Shown one piece after another: positions 38,178-46,920 of a stretch of DNA of 64,000 nucleotides. Source of the stretch: Candidatus Heimdallarchaeota archaeon. Lineage in GTDB: Archaea; Asgardarchaeota; Heimdallarchaeia; Heimdallarchaeales; Heimdallarchaeaceae. Every line of letters begins with the position of its first letter. Position 1 is the first letter of the stretch. The stretch lies in assembly GCA_018238545.1 (NCBI GenBank), contig JABCTC010000005.1, positions 1 to 64,000 of the forward strand, in the 5' to 3' direction. The position numbers were made by a program, and so were the translations under genes. The notes under the pieces were generated by a model. The model worked only from the letters and a program-made list of their open reading frames with translations, searched no databases and was not told the DNA's origin.

Positions 38178-38738
38178 CTAACTCGTATCCTTTTTCTTTA
38201 TTTTCAACAGTTTAATTAAAGAAGAAAACTTTGTGAAATCAACTTCTTCTGGATCATCTTCCTTTGAGTTCCATCCAAAAAGAAATTTAGCATCTCGGGG
38301 GAATTTTGTTACATACCATATGAAAAATTGGTTCTTTGTTTCTACATCTTCAATTAGTTCATACTTTGCTGGGAATTTACGAAAACCAATTTTCACTTCC
38401 ACATCATCAGGATTAGCTAGGAGATTATTGAACCAATGAGCTTTCCCACCTCTTCCTGCAACAACATAAACCTCTCCATCTTTTCTTCTATATTCAAGAG
38501 GAGTTGTCCTCACTTTTCCTGTTTTTCGTCCCTTTGTGGAAAGTAAAAGAAATATCTTACCAAAACCAAATAGGGGGAATATTCCTAATTTATAAAGGGG
38601 GATAGTAACATATTTGTTAAGGCGTTTCCAACGTTTTAACGATTTTTGCTTTTGAATCTTATCACCAAATAGGAAATTATGCTCTACTGAGCCTGGACGG
38701 GGAAACACTCCACCTTCCCTTTGATCTGATTTATTCAT
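38178..38738 (-). CDS. Deazaflavin (F420)-dependent nitroreductase family (DUF385/Ddn)
   Basis: LLLSTKGRKTGKVRTTPL, AG.GG.A.WF.NL.ANP. Confidence 0.9.
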   Translation of the reverse strand: MNKSDQREGGVFPRPGSVEHNFLFGDKIQKQKSLKRWKRLNKYVTIPLYKLGIFPLFGFGKIFLLLSTKGRKTGKVRTTPLEYRRKDGEVYVVAGRGGKAHWFNNLLANPDDVEVKIGFRKFPAKYELIEDVETKNQFFIWYVTKFPRDAKFLFGWNSKEDDPEEVDFTKFSSLIKLLKIKKKDTS

Positions 38739-38852
38739 AAATTACCATGAAATGAAGCTTAAATAAAGATTGTCCGCAATAAATAAGTGAACTCTTGATT
38801 ACCCAAAAGTATTTGTTTTCCTTTTGTACACATATAATTTGAGGTTCTATAG

Positions 38853-39239
38853 ATGAAAAAAGATAACTATCAAGCATCATATGTATCTGAAATGATAGAT
38901 GAAGATGATGGTGTTGACGATTTTGAGGGATATGAGGAGGTTGAATTTGAGATAGGTCTTGAGTTATATGAACTAGGATTAGATGAAAACAAAAGAAAAG
39001 ATGCATCCAAAGAGGGAGATAAAATGACATTCAGGTTATTGTTTTCAGCATTATTGGCACTTATTTTTATGATTATCACTCCTTTGACAGCAAAACAAAT
39101 TGATCTGATAACTTATTGGTGGGCACCTTTGATTGCTGCATTTGTGGGAGCTTTAATAGGAGCATATATTGGTTCTATTTTTGATGCCTTCAACTTTAAT
39201 CTACCACGTAAAGAGAATAAAATTGATGTACAGCAGTAA
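38853..39239 (+). CDS. Hypothetical protein with acidic N-terminus and two TM helices
   Basis: D/E-rich first half, two hydrophobic segments. Confidence 0.65.
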   Translation: MKKDNYQASYVSEMIDEDDGVDDFEGYEEVEFEIGLELYELGLDENKRKDASKEGDKMTFRLLFSALLALIFMIITPLTAKQIDLITYWWAPLIAAFVGALIGAYIGSIFDAFNFNLPRKENKIDVQQ

Positions 39240-39283
39240 ATTCTTTTGAATCACTTTTTATATATGAGAAATGAAATATTATA

Positions 39284-40189
39284 TTGATTCACATGGGGAG
39301 AAAGAAATATTTTCTTATGTTAATATTATTATGTTTCAATTTTTATTATTCAACTGACATAATTGTTGCAGCAAAAAACTACACAATTGAAGCTCAAGAT
39401 AGTATAATACTTACTTACGAAGAATCATCAGAAAGTATTGTTATTTTAGAATTTGAAAATTATGAAGCAAAGAAGTTTCATGTTGAGGTTAAAAATTTGA
39501 GTAATATGATATTATCCTCACGATACAATTATACACAAAATTTACACTTAGCTTTTATTAAAGAAGGTCAATATACTGTTACCATAACAAACCCAAATAA
39601 CGAAAATATGGAAATCAGTTTAGAACAAGATTCTTTTCCAATTTCATTCAATTCAAATACTGGGGGATATTCTTACAAGGATGATCTCTACTGTTGGAGT
39701 TTCAATTCTGTAGAAGAATCTTATAGAGCTATATTTCCAATAAGCACCATCAATTCAAAATACTATGAACTTTTCTTCATTGTTGCAAATTATGACACAT
39801 TAGGTAATATCTGGCTTTCATACAAGAATCCAACAACTGAATCATATTGGGCAGCGTATCTTGATCCTATAAGTTATTCAAGAAATGGAAAAGTATCGGT
39901 TAAAATTGAGGAAGGGATGAGTTGGCTAGTTACAGATTTATCAATAACAAGTGATTGTAATGTGTTGATTATCCTTTACGATGCACCAATATTCACAGCA
40001 TTAGGCAAGGTTTTAGTGGGTATAGTTACAACTGGGGTAGCAATTGTCATGTTCTTATTTGTTTATTATAACCCTCTCAAGTACAGAAAACGTAAGGTTG
40101 GAGGGAAATCTTATGATAGTATTAAGAGTGATTACGAGTCATCTGAAAAAATGCCATTGAAGATAAAAGAAGTGTTTAATGAAGAGTAA
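39284..40189 (+). CDS. Single-pass cell-surface protein (beta-rich ectodomain)
   Basis: Signal peptide, N/Y/S-rich ectodomain, C-terminal TM followed by KYRKRK; start may be ATG 39293. Confidence 0.75.
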   Translation: MIHMGRKKYFLMLILLCFNFYYSTDIIVAAKNYTIEAQDSIILTYEESSESIVILEFENYEAKKFHVEVKNLSNMILSSRYNYTQNLHLAFIKEGQYTVTITNPNNENMEISLEQDSFPISFNSNTGGYSYKDDLYCWSFNSVEESYRAIFPISTINSKYYELFFIVANYDTLGNIWLSYKNPTTESYWAAYLDPISYSRNGKVSVKIEEGMSWLVTDLSITSDCNVLIILYDAPIFTALGKVLVGIVTTGVAIVMFLFVYYNPLKYRKRKVGGKSYDSIKSDYESSEKMPLKIKEVFNEE

Positions 40190-40220
40190 AACAAAAAAAA
40201 TAGAAAGAAAAAATGGAAGT

Positions 40221-40604
40221 TTATTCAATTTTTATTTCTTTTTCAAATTTCCAAAAACCATGTATATTGCAATAAGAGGTAGCAATAAGTTTTCCTGATT
40301 TTTCAGTTTTTAGTTGAAAAACTGCAAAGGGTTCAGAATAAACTCCACTTGTATCTGGACCGTTAATTGAAGCACCGTGAGCATCAAAATTAGCTAATCC
40401 AATTTGATAAGGATATTTCTCACCTTCTGGCCAAAACATTAGTTTTATCCATGAAATGTGATGTTCTGTTTTGTTGGGATGAGAGATCTCTTTACCTACA
40501 CTAACAGTAACAGGGGTTTTTTCTCCACTCTTAACAACGTCAACTACTTCAATAACAGGCACATGTTTTTCTGTTTTCCAATCAGCTGTTCCATATAAGT
40601 CCAT
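40221..40604 (-). CDS. Class II superoxide reductase-like (SORL/neelaredoxin) protein
   Basis: ADWKTEKHVP, VGKEISHPN..EHHI.WI, SYCNIHG.W. Confidence 0.93.
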   Translation of the reverse strand: MDLYGTADWKTEKHVPVIEVVDVVKSGEKTPVTVSVGKEISHPNKTEHHISWIKLMFWPEGEKYPYQIGLANFDAHGASINGPDTSGVYSEPFAVFQLKTEKSGKLIATSYCNIHGFWKFEKEIKIE

Positions 40605-40716
40605 ATGTACTCACCTAAGTTATTGGAACTACATCTATAAATAAATTTCTTGGAAGAACAAAAATTTGCAAAATAATAATAATAATAAGTAACAAAAGAA
40701 AAGGAAAAAAGAGATT

Positions 40717-41148
40717 CTAATCGTCTTCGAGAACAGTGGGTTCAAGTGGGTAAGATTCTTTTGTTGGAGATGGTTGACCAGACTGATGAGCAGAAATATC
40801 GCTTTCTACCTCGTTTAGTTCTTGCTCTAGTTTATCTATTTCTCCTTCAACCTTTTTGATTCTTCTCTCAAACTCTCGTATTTTATATTCTTTTTCAGCG
40901 ATGTGCGCTTCTTTCTTCTTTGTTGCAACCTCACTTTTGAAAGCTTTATCTATCAACCCTTGTTGTTCAAAATCAATTTTCTTTAACAATTGTTCCTCTC
41001 GTTCTCTATTATCTCGAGCTTTCTTCTTCATTTGCTCAGCAATTTTTTTCTTCAAATCTTGCAAATCGCCTAGTTTTTTGAAAATGTCTTCTTCTACGTC
41101 GTGTTTTTTCTCTAGAAGTTTAAAATAATGAACATTCGATTCACTCAT
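40717..41148 (-). CDS. Hypothetical coiled-coil protein
   Basis: E/K-rich heptad pattern throughout. Confidence 0.7.
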   Translation of the reverse strand: MSESNVHYFKLLEKKHDVEEDIFKKLGDLQDLKKKIAEQMKKKARDNREREEQLLKKIDFEQQGLIDKAFKSEVATKKKEAHIAEKEYKIREFERRIKKVEGEIDKLEQELNEVESDISAHQSGQPSPTKESYPLEPTVLEDD

Positions 41149-41335
41149 ATTAATCCAAATTATTAGGGGAGATGATTGTTTTTAAATTTATAGAAATAAG
41201 GGAGATTAGAAAGTTCCGTTAAATTTTCTTAAGAAAAAATGGTAGAAATAAATGAAGATAGAAAAGAAAAATTTAAGAAGAAAAGCAATTGAAAGAGATT
41301 AGGTGTAAGAGTAAATACACATACACAAAAAAAAT

Positions 41336-41459
41336 CGGACCTTAGCTCAGTGGCTTAGAGCTCTCGGCTGTAGTCAGGAGACACCCTTGTGAACAATGAT
41401 CAAGGCGTCAGTCGGTAGTAACCGAGCGGTCCCGTGTTCAAATCACGGAGGTCCGACCA
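41336..41459 (+). tRNA. tRNA-Tyr(GTA) with 47-nt canonical intron (41374-41420) and encoded CCA
   Basis: Acceptor cggacct/aggtccg (C1:G72), anticodon stem ctcgg/ccgag, GTA at 41370-41372, T-arm ccgtg-ttcaaat-cacgg, BHB helix CUGU/GUAG. Confidence 0.95.
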
Positions 41460-41468
41460 CTTTATTTT

Positions 41469-42227
41469 TTATTTTGTTTTCTTACCTATTGCTGTAAATA
41501 CGGGTATAAAGATCATCCTTCTATTCTGCTTAATCAGCTGTTGCTCTTTTTCCATAATTTGTTTAAACTCTGTTTCTGTAATCAGATTCGCCTCTAACAC
41601 TCTTTTCCATTCTTCCTCTATGTTATTAATTAAAGATTCTTTGTTCCAGGTTTGAGCTATAACAGAGATCTCAGTTTCTAGCCCTGCGGATTCAAAATAG
41701 GAGAGTAATTTTCTTCCAGCTAAAGGATCAGCACCTTCGTCTCTTAGATATTCAGTATGTTTTTTACCAAGGTTCATTTCAGGATATTCAACCCACCCTC
41801 CATAATCAGGTTCAGCTAAAGCTGCAACATATCCTTGTTTTTTACATACTCTGTAAATTTCATTCATTGCTTTAGTCGGATTCTTTAACCACAATAAGAG
41901 ATATTGAAAAAGCACAATATCGAATTTATTATCTTTCAAAGGAAGGTTTTCAACAGCCTCCACAAGAAATTCTACGTCTTCAACTCTCTGCTTCGCTACT
42001 TCAATCATTTTTTCATCTATATCGATAGCTGTTATCTTAGCAGATGTTCGAGATCTTAGTTCTCTAGTTATTGTTCCCATGCCACAACCAATTTCTAAGA
42101 TGTTTTTTGCTTTGGTTAAATCTATCTTTCTGTAGATTTGGTTGCGAAAAAAAAGGGTCCAAGAAGCTTGACGTTCAAACTGTTCTACTATTTCTGGACC
42201 CCAATTAACTCTCGGTTTTTCATTCAT
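41469..42227 (-). CDS. Class I SAM-dependent methyltransferase (third gene of the rSAM operon)
   Basis: ILEIGCGMG, IDID, LPLKDNKFDIV, LAEPDYGG; ATG 42227 lies 22 bp after the rSAM stop. Confidence 0.9.
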   Translation of the reverse strand: MNEKPRVNWGPEIVEQFERQASWTLFFRNQIYRKIDLTKAKNILEIGCGMGTITRELRSRTSAKITAIDIDEKMIEVAKQRVEDVEFLVEAVENLPLKDNKFDIVLFQYLLLWLKNPTKAMNEIYRVCKKQGYVAALAEPDYGGWVEYPEMNLGKKHTEYLRDEGADPLAGRKLLSYFESAGLETEISVIAQTWNKESLINNIEEEWKRVLEANLITETEFKQIMEKEQQLIKQNRRMIFIPVFTAIGKKTK

Positions 42228-42249
42228 TTGAGACACACATTTGACAATA

Positions 42250-43557
42250 TTATGAGAAGGATTCTCTACAAACAGTAGTTGGAGCACTATAATTAAGAGG
42301 ACATCCTCCTCCACAGATTTCCACTTCAGGACAATCAGTGCACTCATCAGGTAGATATTTCATTTTCCTTAAACTCTTAGCAAGCTTGTGGTTCCATATT
42401 TTCTTCCATTTTGTGTTCAAGATATGGCCTAGTGGTTCAAAATAACTTTGACATGGAAGAACCATACCATCAGGTTCTATTGCCATGGCAATATGAGCTG
42501 CTGTGCATTGCTTTAATCCTAACCCTTTTTCAATTGGATTAAAATCGCAGTATCTTGTAGGACTGTACCAGAGGAAACCCATGTCTTTTTCTTCTGCTTT
42601 GTTCATTATCCGACTAATAACATCATCCAATGCTTCGACAGAGAGAGTGAAAGCTTCATCTTTTCCGCCTCCTGATTTGATGATACCATTTGCAGCAAAA
42701 TGGTCTATACCTAGAGAATCGAGGAAATCTATTGTTTTCTCAATATCTTTTATATTGTAAGGAGTTAAGGTTGTATTTGTTAAGATGTACACTGGAGTAG
42801 GAACGATGTTTTTTATTCCTTGAACAGTTTCTTTCCAAGCTCCTTTGAAACCGCAAAGTTCATCATGAAGCTTCTCATCGTGACTCTCGATTGTGATTTG
42901 GAAATGATCTATTCCAGCAGTAACTAGTTTGTCTACAAATTTCTTATCCTTAAACATCCTACCATTCGAGATTATACCAGTAATAATTCCCAAATCTTCA
43001 GCATAAGCTACTAACTCTGGTAAATCCTTTCTTAATGTAGGTTCCCCACCAGTAAAAGTTACATGAGGAATACCAATTTCCCACAGATTGTCTAGTACTT
43101 GTTTCCATTCGTCTGTAGTCAATTCAATGATTTCTCTCTTATGTTCGACATAACATTTAGTGCATTTATTATTGCATCTGTAGGTTAAGGCTAAATCCAT
43201 ACGTAAAGGAGCAGAGAAAGGAGTTTCTAGTAAAGAACTGATGTCTTGAGATAAGTGTTGCACAGGATCGATATCGGGTTTTGTTAAGAGATCCATTATT
43301 GATGTCTTGAAATCTACTAAGTCGTTCATCAGTTGAATCTCATCTACACGATATTTTCTTTTAACTTCGGATACAATTTCCTCATTGGTTTTCCCTTCAA
43401 TTATTCGAGAAGCAAAATCTGTTGCAGTTCTGTTTAAATGAAAAATTCTTGTAGCATTTACCAAGAGTAAACTATTACCCTTTTTCTCTTTCCTTAAATG
43501 CATTCTTGCAAAAGTATCTAAATTCCTTATATGGGACATTTTCTTTTCTCGCATCAT
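42250..43557 (-). CDS. PqqD/RRE-radical SAM-SPASM peptide/protein maturase
   Basis: N-terminal HLNRTA..F...I.....EEIV......Y.V......D...F (PqqD/RRE-like), CNNKCTKC, FTGGEP, SPASM C-x17-C and CTDC.....CGGGC; ATG overlaps the upstream stop (ATGA). Confidence 0.92.
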   Translation of the reverse strand: MMREKKMSHIRNLDTFARMHLRKEKKGNSLLLVNATRIFHLNRTATDFASRIIEGKTNEEIVSEVKRKYRVDEIQLMNDLVDFKTSIMDLLTKPDIDPVQHLSQDISSLLETPFSAPLRMDLALTYRCNNKCTKCYVEHKREIIELTTDEWKQVLDNLWEIGIPHVTFTGGEPTLRKDLPELVAYAEDLGIITGIISNGRMFKDKKFVDKLVTAGIDHFQITIESHDEKLHDELCGFKGAWKETVQGIKNIVPTPVYILTNTTLTPYNIKDIEKTIDFLDSLGIDHFAANGIIKSGGGKDEAFTLSVEALDDVISRIMNKAEEKDMGFLWYSPTRYCDFNPIEKGLGLKQCTAAHIAMAIEPDGMVLPCQSYFEPLGHILNTKWKKIWNHKLAKSLRKMKYLPDECTDCPEVEICGGGCPLNYSAPTTVCRESFS

Positions 43558-45233
43558 CTTCCACCTCCGGCACAGGCACAGGCACAAGCACAGGCACAAG
43601 CACATCCTCCGCCACCACCACCACTTCGACCACTGCTTCTGGAAACAGGGGGACGAGTAGCTTTTTGTAAAGATTTTGTGAAGGTTTGTGGTTTTGCTAT
43701 GACTCCTGATTGGAGACTGCTAATTGGACCAACATGAGTTGATCCACTGTGGTGTTGAATCCTGAAGAATGATCTAGAAGCAGACCGTGTATATGAACGT
43801 CCTGTATAGAAATAGTAATTTCGGACATACCAATGTGGATAGTAGTAACCATCTCCTCGTCTTTCAAGACGTTCTTCATATCCTTCATCAACCATAATCC
43901 AAAGAAATGCATCTTTGAGTTCAGGAGTAGTTTTCTTCATCTCCTCCCATGATTTATCGATAATTTCCTCATAATGCTTCTTTGTTCTTCTAACGGAGTA
44001 ACCTTTCATCTTTTTCGAAACACCTTTAATACGTATTATGAGAGCTTTTTTCAATTCAGTTTGGTGAACTGGTTCTCGAGGGATAGCACCAGAACTAGCA
44101 CCTTTTTTCCATTTTATATCTTCCTTATTTCTTCGTCTAATACCCGCTATAATGCTTTGTTGATATTTAGGAAGCTGAGTAATTACTTGAGAACTAGCAA
44201 CCACTTGAAACCTTAAAACGGGTTTTGTGGTCTCAATCTCCAAATAACCTAATTTCATCATTTCAAATAATATCAACGTTGCAACTTGAGCTAATGGTCT
44301 TTGTAATAGTATTGCAACTTGTGAGGGAGTTAAATCCTTCTTCACACCCCCACCTAGAGTTGTTACTATTGGTGGAAGGTATTCCTTGCTCTTTCTTCTT
44401 TTCCTCAATAAGTAAAATATTACAATCACGGCCACTATAGCAAAGAAAATAATTATGTCTCTGTTGTTATATAGGGTTAAACTCCAGAAAACACTATGTA
44501 CTTTCACATATTCCTCCGGAAGACCAACAGCTGACATGTATCCTTGGGAAGGAGAGCCAATTTTATTAAATTCAATATAAGGTCCATCTGAAGATGAAGC
44601 TACAGATGTTGCATCACTAGGTTCAGCATGTAAAACATTCCAATCTGAAGAAGTTTGTCTTACTTTTGTTTCATCAATGTCAGTCAAAATTTCTGGAAAA
44701 TAATATCTTACTCTTCTTTCAGTTGTGCCACTTGCAAAAGAACCATCATACCAAGTTTGGAGAAAAACTACGGATGCAAAACCCTCTACACTGTCAGGAT
44801 ATACCATTGCAGGATTGTGACAAAAGACTTCTAAAACACCAAATTCTCCAGGATCAATTTGACTAGCACCAAGCCAAATTTCAACACCGATTTCTATATA
44901 CTCGCTTTTTTTGATTTTTGAACTAGCTATCTCTAAACCGTTCAATTTCGCGGTAACAGAGGATAACTCATAGTGATCATTTGGAAACCCAACATCAATT
45001 ACATCTATTGAACTATAACCAGGAATACAATAGAATTCCATCTCATAATATATATCAATTGAACCATCTTCTAAAATGTGAATATCTGTATACATATAAG
45101 GAATTTCAAAACCATAAACAGCATCTAATGTTGTTAATCCGTCATCGAAATCACTCGCTAAACTAGCACCAGAAACGATAAAAATCGATATGAACAAAGA
45201 ACAACTCACAAATAATAATAACCTTGATCTCAA
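43554..45233 (-). CDS. Single-pass membrane protein (DUF2207-like architecture) with C-terminal Gly-rich (Cys-Ala)6 tail
   Basis: Signal peptide, DIHILEDGSIDI.Y ectodomain, TM followed by RKRRK, LTPSQVAILL, ends SGGGGGCACACACACACAGGGR. Confidence 0.88.
   Translation of the reverse strand: MRSRLLLFVSCSLFISIFIVSGASLASDFDDGLTTLDAVYGFEIPYMYTDIHILEDGSIDIYYEMEFYCIPGYSSIDVIDVGFPNDHYELSSVTAKLNGLEIASSKIKKSEYIEIGVEIWLGASQIDPGEFGVLEVFCHNPAMVYPDSVEGFASVVFLQTWYDGSFASGTTERRVRYYFPEILTDIDETKVRQTSSDWNVLHAEPSDATSVASSSDGPYIEFNKIGSPSQGYMSAVGLPEEYVKVHSVFWSLTLYNNRDIIIFFAIVAVIVIFYLLRKRRKSKEYLPPIVTTLGGGVKKDLTPSQVAILLQRPLAQVATLILFEMMKLGYLEIETTKPVLRFQVVASSQVITQLPKYQQSIIAGIRRRNKEDIKWKKGASSGAIPREPVHQTELKKALIIRIKGVSKKMKGYSVRRTKKHYEEIIDKSWEEMKKTTPELKDAFLWIMVDEGYEERLERRGDGYYYPHWYVRNYYFYTGRSYTRSASRSFFRIQHHSGSTHVGPISSLQSGVIAKPQTFTKSLQKATRPPVSRSSGRSGGGGGGCACACACACACAGGGR
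43569..43604 (-). repeat. Hexanucleotide repeat TGTGC(T/C) x6 encoding (Cys-Ala)6
   Basis: tgt gct tgt gcc tgt gct tgt gcc tgt gcc tgt gcc; variation only at Ala third positions. Confidence 0.95.
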
Positions 45234-45390
45234 ATTTTTTGCTCCCCAATTATTCTGTTAAAGTATATCTTTAATATGTCAAATCATTGAATAAACTAAT
45301 AATTAAAGTTATTGTATTAAATTTTCCAAGCTAAAATTCTATCACTAGTTGGCAAGATTTATTACAAGGATTACTTTCTGTTCCAATAGC

Positions 45391-45744
45391 ATGACCTCTG
45401 AAGGATTCCAAAAGATAATGCGAGTTATTTGGGAACAAACAAAGCCCTTACTGAGATTTTTACTAACAGTGACAGTCATAATGTCAATAGCAATTATAAT
45501 TATGCTATTTGTTTGGGGTTTTGATTTTCAAGATGATGCATTTCTCGTACTAGTTATAGCTGATATCTCTATTCTCATAATTTTTGTTGTTGGATTAATC
45601 ATTGTTGGAGTTAGACACGTGTTTACTGATTTAACAAAGGGTGATGAAGTTCCATGTAGGTTCTGCGGAGAGGATATAACAGGTGGGAGTAACATTTGCA
45701 CAAACTGTGGCAAGGACAATAGAAAGTTCACAGATTCAACATAA
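45391..45744 (+). CDS. Two-TM membrane protein with C-terminal zinc ribbon
   Basis: Two hydrophobic helices; CRFCG...CTNCG; ATG 45391 preferred. Confidence 0.75.
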   Translation: MTSEGFQKIMRVIWEQTKPLLRFLLTVTVIMSIAIIIMLFVWGFDFQDDAFLVLVIADISILIIFVVGLIIVGVRHVFTDLTKGDEVPCRFCGEDITGGSNICTNCGKDNRKFTDST

Positions 45745-45817
45745 GCGTTTCTTAATCATGGAGAATTTAATAAGAGTACAAAATAAATTAAACAAAAACC
45801 AGAAACTAAGAAGGACA

Positions 45818-46735
45818 TTATTTCTTTTTTACAGTTCTTTCTCCTTTTACTAATTTCTTTTTGCCTTTTTTCGCTGCTGGTTTTTTCTTGATTTTATAAA
45901 TAATCCTTTGAATATCTTTCTGTACCTCAATTTCTATCTTGATCCCACTACTTTTTGTTCTTTGTTGCCATTGATAATTGAGCAAATCAATATACTCTTT
46001 TTCAGTCATTTTCTTGACAACTGTCAATGATTCTAATGCTTCAAGTTCTCTAAATCCATCAAAAATAACCTCGTAATCGTCAGTTTTTTTCATAATTACT
46101 CCTTTCCACCCTTCTACATTTGCGCCCATAACCGCTATATAGGAGATATATTTGAAGGGACCTTCAAGAAAACCAAACAAAGTATCAACTTCTTCGATAA
46201 ACTCTGCTTTATCATTAAACAACATTTTGGCTTTCTGTTTTCCACTATCGTCCTTTATTTTCATATACATTTTATTTATAAGAGCAACTTTTCTCACTGC
46301 TGACATAAATCCTTTCCATTTTTCATCCAGCCTTGGAATCTCAGTTCTTTTTCTTCTGGTTTCCCCATATATTGGCACAGTCATGGTATTAATTCTAGAA
46401 AGCACTAATTTTTGAAATTCGTTTCTTGGGTGTTTTAGAGTCCAAGTAATGTCCATACTTTCAGTTGGAGAGGTTCTAGTTGAACTATGAATGAGAATTC
46501 TGCCGTCTTCAAGTTTTTTGATAAAACGAGGATAAACCCTAAACCTCGCCATCGTGTTATGGAAATTTGCTGTAATCATACTAAGGAAAGCCTGAATTAC
46601 ACCTTCCAAACCATCTCCCTCAAGCAACGTTTCAAGCTCCCATTGCCTTCTTTCATTTACCACGGCTTCAAGAGATAACAGAAACTGGTTGATAAATTCA
46701 AGTTCATTTTCTGAAATATTAACTGTTTGAACCAT
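45818..46735 (-). CDS. Hypothetical protein with Lys-rich C-terminus
   Basis: 305-aa open frame; no family recognised. Confidence 0.7.
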   Translation of the reverse strand: MVQTVNISENELEFINQFLLSLEAVVNERRQWELETLLEGDGLEGVIQAFLSMITANFHNTMARFRVYPRFIKKLEDGRILIHSSTRTSPTESMDITWTLKHPRNEFQKLVLSRINTMTVPIYGETRRKRTEIPRLDEKWKGFMSAVRKVALINKMYMKIKDDSGKQKAKMLFNDKAEFIEEVDTLFGFLEGPFKYISYIAVMGANVEGWKGVIMKKTDDYEVIFDGFRELEALESLTVVKKMTEKEYIDLLNYQWQQRTKSSGIKIEIEVQKDIQRIIYKIKKKPAAKKGKKKLVKGERTVKKK

Positions 46736-46809
46736 AAGGATCAGCAGAGTATAGTGATATATTCACGTTCTCACATTACTTATATCTATTTTTGCATTTA
46801 TGATGTTCA

Positions 46810-46920
46810 TTTGTCTTCTTGTCTTATTAGACAAAGCTAAGTACATGTCGTGCTTAGAGCTCATGATATAGGGCGAAGATACTCTATACTCACTCTGAGT
46901 GGATACATCACGTATCCTCC
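46810..46920 (-). ncRNA. Putative omegaRNA overlapping the tnpB 3' end
   Basis: Consecutive minus-strand stem-loops: ggatac-gtgat-gtatcc, actca-gag-tgagt, ctaag..cttag, ttgtct-aata-agacaa. Confidence 0.55.

Noticed and set aside
43558-43605. MCLCLCLCLCLC N-terminus given for the rSAM ORF, and the +strand PPPAQAQAQ ORF (43531-43737)
   Set aside because: These are alternative-frame shadows of the (CA)6 repeat; the SD sequence and ATGA overlap support a start at or after 43557.
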